Part shown: positions 53,940-64,000 of the stretch, piece by piece
Layout of the letters: the number at the start of each line of letters is the position of its first letter
Numbering within the stretch: the stretch's first letter is position 1
NCBI RefSeq assembly: GCF_009914755.1
Contig: NC_060935.1
Origin: the human T2T-CHM13v2.0 reference genome, Homo sapiens
Length of the DNA: 64,000 nt
Reading direction: 5' to 3' (one strand)
Translations under genes and position numbers: made by a program
The notes under the pieces: model-generated
The model's database searches: none
What the model saw: only the letters and a program-made list of their open reading frames with translations
Told to the model about the DNA's origin: nothing

Positions 53940-55034
53940 CTGATGAAAAGCAACAAAGAAAGGATTCTAAACCAGCAAACAGACCAATTATGTGAACACT
54001 GCCAACTGAATTCCAGTAATGTATTCTACAGTCCCTCCCAAATGATTCTATTATTCCAAGACTCTAAATAACAGATGATGCCAATTACACAAACAAATAA
54101 TAAAACAATCTGTTGCTATGAGTACATAAAGTTATCTGTTTTATTTGTCCAAATATCTAAGTCTGCTTTTTTCCTTTTAGTTTTTAATTTCCCAATCTTT
54201 TTTTACATGAATTAAAATATTTAGTATGACAATGAGCTATGCATGCAAGTAGGTAAAATTTTATAATTTAATAATGCGCTTTACTGAAATCTCAATCCAG
54301 TTATGTTGATACCTCTGTTGCCAACTTATGTTTATTGACTTCTCTATGGGTTTTTTAAATCAACACTAAGCCACAACTCAAACTTTTTGTGAATTTTCTC
54401 TTCACTCTCTCCCAGGTTTCATAAAAAAAAAAAAAAAAGACATGACTAAAATAAATGTGTAAAATAATCTCTCATTTAAAATCCTGGTATTCACTGCTTT
54501 TAAAAACTAGTAGCGCATGGAAAAGAGGGAAAGTAAGAGAGAAGAAAACAGCCAATCTCAGCAGTGTCAACAGACTCTGGCTTTGAGGAACACACCACAG
54601 TGACCTAGTAGCAGAACCGCAGGCATTGCTTTTGGCATTGTAACAAGCCGTATTAGGAAAATGCTGAGTTCCAGATCATCCAGAGATACTGTATAGCCAA
54701 AAGGATAAATACCGAGATAAACAGCCTGGAAACAAAAGCAAAGAGGAAATCTTTATCAATATTTATAGATGTTTCCTTAGATAAAAATATAAATGGGCTG
54801 CCATGCAGCAGATGTTAAAGCTGAAATATGAAAGCTCCATCACTTTGTGTATCCCTCTGTTGACAGACTCTGGGGAAGAATGGAATAGTTTTCCAAGGGT
54901 ATGATTCATCACCAAGTTCTGAGCTGTATAATTTCCATCTGTGTGAAATTATTTTCACATACTCATTTGCTACATTCTTATTTCAATTTCTAGATCCATA
55001 TTCTATGGTAGTTGTTAAAATTGTGAAGATATAA

Positions 55035-55282
<248 letters not shown>

Positions 55283-56233
55283 CAGACTATCAGTTTTGTT
55301 CACAAGATGTGAATTTGGGATTCCTATGCACTGCCTTCCAAAATGATGCTTTAGGTATTTGTTTTACTGGTGAAATTCTTTAATATATTCTACTCAACTT
55401 CCTATTTTACGGAACAAGTAGAAATGCTTCCAAGACTGATTAGAACCAGGTAAGAGTCAACTTAAAAAAATCTTCATTTTTTTTTCTTACACAAGTCAGT
55501 TATGAGAGGGGATATGGGACATGGTTAACAGCGTAGCCTCAAGTAAGTGTTCCACCCTCCATAAAAGGGTTTGGAAAGCGATTATAAAAGTCTCAGGTCG
55601 TAAATTAAACAAATGTATACAAAAATGCATTTGTAAATAATCTTTGTTTTTACAAGTCTTTGCAATAAACTGTCAGTTTGGTCTCCAGCAGAGAGAGCTG
55701 GAGGAGTGGAGCTTCCAGATGTAGTCTCCGGTGTGAGTCCCAGCAATGGAGACCTTGATGCTATGAGCTCTGGAGACTCTCATGAAGAGGACTTGGGGGG
55801 ATGAAGAAGTGACTGGGAAACTGCTCATGCCGAGGAGATGGGAGGTGCCCTGGAAATAGCTGCTTCAGGATCTTAAGCCATGACGGATAGAATGTTAAAA
55901 GTCATTCCACAAAGTGGTGTGTTTCAATGCAAAGGCTAGAGAACTGTAAAAAGGTGGTTACCAAGGCTGGGAAGATACAACTATTTCAAGAGTGACTCTG
56001 AAAAAGATCCTGATGCCTTGAGGTACCCTTCTGAAATTCAAGTAACAATGTACAAATATCTGCCTTGTTTCAGAATTTATGGAGTATACAATTCATGTTT
56101 CTAAAAGAGCCTACCTGCAGCTGGTTTCCACATCTGAAATTATAGTGCTCTCCAAGTCACATAGCTGGAAATTAAATGTTCAAGTTCTACCTTGGCCCCA
56201 ATTTGATGTTTGGTGCTCTCTGGATTGAGTTGA

Positions 56234-56617
<384 letters not shown>

Positions 56618-57019
56618 TCTATGCAAATTTCTTGAAGGAGAATTGCTTGCATATTTCTTCTCTGCCTTCACAGAAGGTAGAGTTTCTTTCAAACTTAACT
56701 GAGGCATCAGTTGCTCTTTGGCTGTTTCTTACCATGATTATTAACAATAAGTTTGTGGCTTGGGTTTGCAAACTGTACTGTTTGTTGCACTGATCTTCCC
56801 ATATAGTAATTTTTAGTTGGTGAAAAAAATTAACCCTCATCTGAAATTAACATATCAGTTTTTTTAACTAGTCTCAGATTTTAAAACTTGCAATAAAGTG
56901 GAAACTCATTGGTTTTTCTTGCCCTTTCGAACTCTTGTAATTGAGTTTTCATCATGTTTTATATTAAACAAGTTTTCATCATGTTTTATATATAAAGCTA
57001 ACACATGGCTACAAAAAAG

Positions 57020-57453
57020 AAGTATCTGGGTTCAATCTTAAGTCTGCCACTCACTAGATTAGGTTTGTAACTTAGCCTCTTTGTGTTTTAGTTTCTTCGT
57101 CTAAACATGGTAATAATAATGCCTATCTCATAAGGGATGTTATGAGAATTAAATGGGCTAGTATAAATAAAATGCATAGAGTAAAATGCATTGATTTGTT
57201 AACTAAATGGTCTAGTAACAACATGATCTATTAACTACGGCAGCCTGTTTCGTACATTATTCTTTCTGCAGCCGTGGCAATTTCTAAAGCTTTAACCCAT
57301 TTATGGCAGAGGTTGCAAAATTTTTTTGTGAAAAATCAGAACTTGGCGATGACCTTGAGCAGTAAGATATAAATAACTCCCACAAGCTTAGCGTTCCAAT
57401 AATGGAACACTAAGCATAAATGGGTTAATGCATAAGTAAATGCTATTATTATC
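57020..57453 (+). mobile_element. MIR interrupted near its 3' end by a MER85-containing insert
   Basis: ctgggttcaatcttaagtctgccactcactag...cctatctcataagggatgttatgagaattaaatg...; the tail gtaaatgctattattat resumes after 57428. Confidence 0.75.
57296..57424 (-). mobile_element. MER85 piggyBac (PGBD3-derived) MITE
   Basis: TTAA at 57292-57295 and 57425-57428; TIRs CCCATTTATG.../...CATAAATGGG; internal palindrome GTTCCATTATTGGAAC (57393-57408). Confidence 0.93.
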
Positions 57454-57979
57454 CCAGTATTTGGCTACCAGAACTGCTAGAGGGCTCTAGCTCCTCCATC
57501 AAATGGATATTACACAAAATGCCACCTTTTGGATATATCTGCTGAAGTTTCCTGACTCTCAAATATCATTCTTTCTAAAACATTCTAATTCATTTCAATA
57601 TATAAAATCTGCAACTTGCCTGAGAGAAAAGTCCAGATTCTAAACTTGGCTCATCCATTTACTAGGTTCTGTGATCTATGGCAAACTGCTTAACATCTCT
57701 GTCTTAGTTTCCTAATTTGTAACGTTAGGGATAACACTACCTATACCTCAAAGAATTTATGTGAAAGTAACTGCCTAGTTTCTAAGTTCGAGTATCTTTT
57801 GGCAAAAAAAAAAAAAAGTTTTCCATCACTTCCCACAAAGACTGAACAAAGAGAGATTAATGCACTTCTCAGGGAACTATATCACATACATTAGTTACAT
57901 TTTCACCTTTTAAATTCATCACAATGAATTAGGTTTAGGTATATGGGGAAATGCTACTGCATACTATACAGAGGTAGAT

Positions 57980-58333
57980 CTACAGTAGGCTCATCTAATA
58001 CCTAACTCCAATCCCTGCCCTCTTGTTTTACTTTATCATAAGTGTAATATCACTAACTACTAGCTAAACTATACAGTTTCCCAGACTCCCTATATTCAGG
58101 CAAAGCCGCAACACATGTAAACACAGCTCTGCTACTATCCTGTCTCCTCCTCTGTGCCGTGAGCACAGGTGTCATGACTAGATCTGTCGTGGTCATCACT
58201 TGACCATAAGTGAAAAGCTGAGAGAACCTTAGAGACTCCTGCCTGGCATCATTAAGCTGCTGACTCAGCACTAGAAATCCATCATCTTTTCCGCTCAGTT
58301 TTTTGTTTCTTGAAGCCAAAATCACTCCTAAAC
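57980..58333 (+). mobile_element. Ancient ERVL LTR (LTR16/LTR33-like)
   Basis: tttcccagactccct motif and terminal ttgtttcttgaagccaaaatcactcctaa. Confidence 0.45.
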
Positions 58334-58945
58334 ATCAAGGAGTCTTTTAAAAGAGTCAGTTCTATGAATTTGTGAAAGGCAAACAGATTCCATTTTACCA
58401 TCACAAAATTTTCATGATAAAAAATTGTGTTCTCTTGAAAATATTACACACGAGAATGGAACTAACTTTAAAAGTACAGTTAATGAACATTTATACTTTT
58501 CTGATGAATACTTCACCTAAGATTTCACCAAATAGTAACAATTTTGATAAAATGTCAAATGGTAAAAAGTGACTGGAACTCTGAAAATATGATCTATTAG
58601 CTATGTCATCTTGTTCTGTATCTTATTCTTTCTGCAGCTGTGGCAATTTCTAAAGCTTCAATTTACATGGCTGGAAAGGGAGAGCAGAATTGGGTATATT
58701 GGCAGGGGTCAAAATGAGATTCAACTCCAGGAAGAGAATGGAAGATGGAGAAAAAGCCAGCATCTAGGGCCCATGATGGTAAAGAAGTAGGTAATAAAAA
58801 CACAGTAATAGAAGGAAAAGAACAATGTAGAGACAGGGCTGGAACAGGTTAGGAATGGTCTTGAAAAGAGGAGACCTCCCTGTTGACTGTTTTCACTCAA
58901 GTCTTTGAAATAAAGCAAAAAGCCACCAGACATGCTAATCTATAC

Positions 58946-59331
58946 CATGGTGTGCTGGTAAATGTTTAACAACTAGCTCTCCACGGGGGAAAGGCCTTCA
59001 TTTCCAGTGTTTTCCAGCGCCCACCGTATACACACTCCCATCATGGCTGGTTTCAAGCTACCAACTTGATACAACTGAACACAAAATTGGAAAGAGAAGC
59101 AGAAGGGCACTCAGTTATACAGTATTGAAAGCATACAGATAGAGTAGCTGGAAATAACTTCAAGAGCATAAATGGTAAAATGTGGTAAAATAATTACAAA
59201 ATATATTTGATTATTACCTTTGTTTTTAATACAATTCATTTCATTGTAAATATATATACCTTAATTTTTAATAATGGCTGTTTTTAACAACTGTCCTACA
59301 AAATTTCACAGTTGGCTCCAGCTGACCACTG
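58946..59331 (-). mobile_element. MER63-like hAT DNA transposon
   Basis: Ends catggtgtgctggtaaatgtttaac... and ...ggctccagctgaccactg resemble MER63 termini. Confidence 0.7.
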
Positions 59332-59758
59332 ATGTATATTCATACACTTCGTCCTGCGCCTATCCACCTCTAACAGCTTCTGATAATCAGTTTCTAGTAG
59401 CTTAGCAAGCATATGGCTCACCCTCTGACTCTAGGAGAACCAGGAGAGATGTAAAGGGAACAGACTGTAATCTGGTTCTTCTGATCTTCTTCTACCTTGG
59501 GGAATACTCAGACTAAAAAGAAAACCCGGTTTGGCTTCTAAAGTGAGTGTATGTGCTGAAAAATACTTTGGTGTAACTTAAAAGGAATATTAGAGAAGAA
59601 ACTACTGCAATAAAATAAGCCTGGAGCTTTGGAAACAGTAGAGTTAACAACAGAACCTAATCCTAACTATAGTCTCTTTGAGGCAATCAACAAAAACCTA
59701 AAAAGGAATTCAGCATAACGATCATGTGCTTATCGCTGACTTAAAAAAAAAAATTCTT

Positions 59759-60069
<311 letters not shown>

Positions 60070-62289
60070 CTATTGGTTTATTTATTTAATTTATGGCTAG
60101 CGAATCTTTAGCACTGTTGGCGTAGCCAAACATTTTTCAAATTAAACTTAGTAGAAGCACTGCTCACTCCTCAAAATATATCACAGATTTTTCAATTGGA
60201 ATTATTTGGCCTCAGAGTGTTAAAACTCCAGTTTTTCATTTTCTGACTACAACTTCCTATCCTCTCAGGTCTCTAGTGTTGATATTCTATAACAACAAAA
60301 GTACAAACAGAGACATCCCATCCCCTTCACATTTCCCCCCAAGGTACTTATCCCCACAATTCCAGGTTTTTTTTGTTTTGTTTGCTACCCAATATGGACC
60401 CTGTGATTGAGCATTTGTTTTAAATCAGTACCCTTTAATTTCCTTGCAATATTAACTTCCTGCCAAACCAATCCAGCAAACCACCACAACTAAATCAATT
60501 CACTACCATACTTGCATGTCTGTGTACTGCTGGAGAAAAAAAAAAATCACATCACTAAGGAGATTTGAACCAATACAAATTCACAGGCTATTGTCCAGAA
60601 ATGCCAATTATTTTCTCCCCACTCCCGAAACATGCTTAAAGAACCTAATCTTCTTTAGAGTCTCTGCCCAGTCTGACTACCATGGCCTGCCAACACCATC
60701 CCAGCACAGTTGATCAAATAGACGGTAAGTCAATGAGTCAATTAGTTTGTCTGCTATGATTTTGGAACTAGTTCCAAATCTTCAATGATCTCCATTGAAT
60801 TGTTAGAATTAGGAAATATTTTTCCAAACAAAGAAGAGAAGAGACAAAGAAACAACAGTTGCTACACACCAAAGGAAGCAAAAACCAGAAATAAGTTCCT
60901 CAGGTCCTTACTTTTTAGCTCTGGTTCCATTTACTTATAGCCTAGTAATTCTTGTATTGGGCTCTTTGAGATATTCCTACCAATTCCCCCACCCCCCACT
61001 CTCCTTGTATGTCCCCCAAAAGCACAACATTGCTTCTGGTTTCTTTGCCTTATTTATACTGTCCCCTTGAATGTCAACTCCCTAATTTCCATTTAAATAA
61101 AAAATTACTCTTGCAGCCGGATATGCAGGTTTGAGAGTCAAAAACAAAGCTAAAGATCAGGACATAAATCTGAGAGTTGGGCATAAATATGGTTTTTAAA
61201 GTTGAGAAAGTGAGTAAGATAGCAAGGGACAAAGAGTGTAGAATAAGAAGGCAGTCCAACCCCAAACGTCAGAGGTCTAGTAGAGGAGGGTGTCCTGGCA
61301 AAGGAGACTGTGTCAAGTCAGTTAAGAGAAAAAAGTCTCTGGAAAAAGAAAATCAGATACTAATGATAGTTTAAGTAAGGAGTAGTAAAGTATCTATTTT
61401 TTTTTTTCATTAAGCCAAACAGAGACCACTAGTGATAAAAGAGAAGAACCAAAGGGTGAAGGGTTTAAGAATATATTTGTGACAGGTGAATGTAATCAAG
61501 GCTCTAGAATCTACACTGGAAAAGAAGGATAGTAAAGGCAAGAAGTAATTGATGGGCAAAAACTGGGAGGAACAGTGGAATGATAATACTAAGCATAATA
61601 CTGAATATTGAACATAATTGTTTATTGTACAGCAAGTAGCTGAGGGGATTAAATTTCTTTTCCCAGTTGCCATAATACAATATCAAATAAGACAAACTAG
61701 ATTACGGTTGCTTTAAAGTTTTAATTAATTTGTAATACCTTTCAGCCTTGGAAGGAGTAAGAAAAGGATAGAGTAGGCATTGTAAGTGGAAAGACACATA
61801 GAAAAAAAAGACACAAGAGTAGAAAAAAGCAACTTGTGTACTAAGAGGGGAAATAATAGTTACATCTGGCAGAACATCCAGTTTCTAAAACAGAGCAGTG
61901 CAAAGTAAGACTGGTAAGTGAGAATAAAGTCGGAGATCCTGGATGATCTTGTATACCGTCACAAGGAGTTTTAAGTTCCTTCTGTAGGAAATAAAAGTGA
62001 CACATTCTGAGCAGAAGCAGCACAGGAACAGGCATGTTCTAAAAGGAAAAGCATTCGCCTGTATACCTTTCAAGCTGGAAGGAAGGGAGGAAGATAAGAA
62101 GCAGTACACCACTTCAGGAATTTGCAAAATAGGCTAGGAAAGAGAATAAAACCTACAGTGTATGACAACAGCATGAAAAAGGAAGGACAGTATATGAATG
62201 TAAACGACACAGAGGTAGAAGAGACAGATATGATCAACTGGATTGGATGCATGAACAACATGAAGTCAAGAATGCTCCTGCAGTTTTTG

Positions 62290-63560
62290 CTTCCACCTTA
62301 ACTGAGGTATAGTTAACCCAAAGTAAACTGCACATATTTAAAATGTACATTTTGATAAAACACCCATGAAACTATTACCACAATCAAGATTATAATATAT
62401 CCATCAACCCCAAAAGTTTCCTTATATCTCTTTGTAATCCTTCCTTCCCCCTATCCTCCCATCACTGCTCCTCGGGCAATTACTCATCTACTTTTTATCA
62501 CGATATATTACTTTCCATTTTCTATAATTTTACATAAATGAAGTCTTATGTAATATACTCTTTTTTGTCTGCCTTCTTTCATGCAGCATATCTTTGAGGA
62601 TCACTCATGTTGCTGTATTTATCAACTGTGTATTCCTTTCATTGCTAAGTAATATTCTATTGTATGGACACCACCATTTGTCTATTAATCTGCTGTTGAC
62701 AGATATTAGGGTCGTTTCCAGTTTTAAACTATTACATATAAAGATGCTATGAACATTCATGTATGAGTTTCTATATGGACACATGCTTTTTCTGTAAACA
62801 GTTAGATCGTGTGGTAAGTGTACAGTAATTCCTCCCTTAACGTCATTGATGTTCACATTGGAAACTGTGAACTGACTTACTCTGTGCTGTGGGAACTTAA
62901 TTCTTATTTATATCAACTAGCCAATGATAAAATTGGTTTCATTAGACAGTATGTCATTTTGCTTAAAGTTGCAGTTTCCAAGAACCAACCAACAACATTA
63001 AGTGATGACTTACTGAGTGTTTAACTTGAGAAACTGCTAAACTGTTTTCAAATGAGTTGTGACATCTTAAATTCCCACCAGCACTGTATGAGAATTCCAA
63101 TTCTTCCACATCCTTGCAATTTTAATAAGTATGAATCAATACCTCATTGTTGTTTTAACCTACATTTCTCGAATGACTATTGATGTTGGATATCTATGTA
63201 TTAATTTGCCATTCATATATCCTTTTGATGATATCTCTTCCAATCTTTGCCTATTTTTTAAATTGAATTGCTTTCTTCTTTAATTTTGAGAGTTTTTGTT
63301 TTTTAAAAAATAGCATCTCAGTATGTTGCCCAGGCTGGCCTCAAATTCATGGGCTCAAGCAATCCTCCTGCCTCAGCCTCCCAAGTAGCCGGGACTACAG
63401 GCACATGCTACTGAGCTTGCCCAGTGAGAGTTCTTTGTATGTTCTGATACAAATCCTTTATCAGATATAATCACTGCAAATATTTTCTCCCAGTCTGTGG
63501 TTTGTCTTTCTGTACTAGTAAATATGACTTCCAAAGAGCCGAAAGTTTTTTTAAAAAAAT
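62290..63560 (-). mobile_element. L1MB-type 3' fragment containing a MER6 and an Alu monomer (about 63295-63422)
   Basis: catgaaactattaccacaatcaagat...tcccaccagcactgtatgagaattcca...gcaaatattttctcccagtctgtgg. Confidence 0.75.
62823..63015. mobile_element. MER6-like TcMar-Tigger MITE
   Basis: Imperfect TIRs cagtaattcctcccttaacgtc...ttggaaactg and cagtttccaag...ttaagtgatgacttactg, preceded by TA. Confidence 0.7.
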
Positions 63561-63564
63561 TAAT

Positions 63565-64000
63565 TATTTCTTTATTATACTTTAAGTTCTGGGATACATG
63601 TGCAGAACAGGCAGGTTTGTTACATAGGTATACATGTGCCATGGTGGTTTGCTGCACCCATCAACTTGTCATCTACATTAGGTATTTCTCCTAATGCTAT
63701 CCGTTCCCTAGTCCCCCACCCCACAACAGGCCCATGTGTGATGCTCCCATCCCTGTGTCCATGTGTTCTCACTGTTCAACTCCTGCTTATGAGTGAGAAC
63801 ACGTGGTGTTTGGTTTTCTGTTCCTGTGTTAGTTTGCTGAGAATGATGGTTTCCAGCGTCATCCATGTCCCTGCAAAGGACATGAACCCATCCTTTTTTT
63901 ATGGCTGCATAGTATTCCATGGTATATATGTGCCACATTTTCTTTATTCAGTCTATCATTGATGGGCATTTGGGTTGGTTCCAAGTCTTTGCTATTGTGA
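63565..64000 (-). mobile_element. L1PA 3' end, running off the window
   Basis: tttattatactttaagttctgggatacatgtgcag...catttgggttggttccaagtctttgctattgtga. Confidence 0.93.

Noticed and set aside
56944-56992. Tandem duplication agttttcatcatgttttatat x2 (similar micro-duplications near 28520, 32330, 51095)
   Set aside because: Ordinary slippage duplications with no further structure.

Overview
AT-rich human (primate) genomic DNA lying wholly inside ARHGAP32 (PX-RICS/RICS/p250GAP), which is transcribed on the minus strand. Three canonical coding exons splice in frame: 53939-53858 (end of the SH3 domain), 11391-11242 (polybasic linker containing the Met of the short RICS isoform) and 1053-951 (start of the RhoGAP domain with the GIYRLSG arginine finger). 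A probable internal first exon/promoter of the short isoform lies at about 37200-36782. The rest is intron filled with transposable elements: a near full-length old L1, several truncated L1s, about 20 Alus, MER11/MST/MER50 solo LTRs, MER85/MER81/MER63/MER6 DNA transposons and MIR/L2 relics, plus retroposed U6 and Y1 RNA pseudogenes. I see no evidence of a new multi-gene system. The most unusual signals are: (i) a MER85 piggyBac MITE apparently inserted together with a copy of DNA from 1.37 kb away; (ii) an AluJ split by captured non-repeat DNA with fold-back/templated junctions; (iii) two candidate cryptic ARHGAP32 exons that are in frame. Repeat subfamily names are from recalled consensus sequences and were not checked with RepeatMasker. 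Boundaries of old repeats are approximate.
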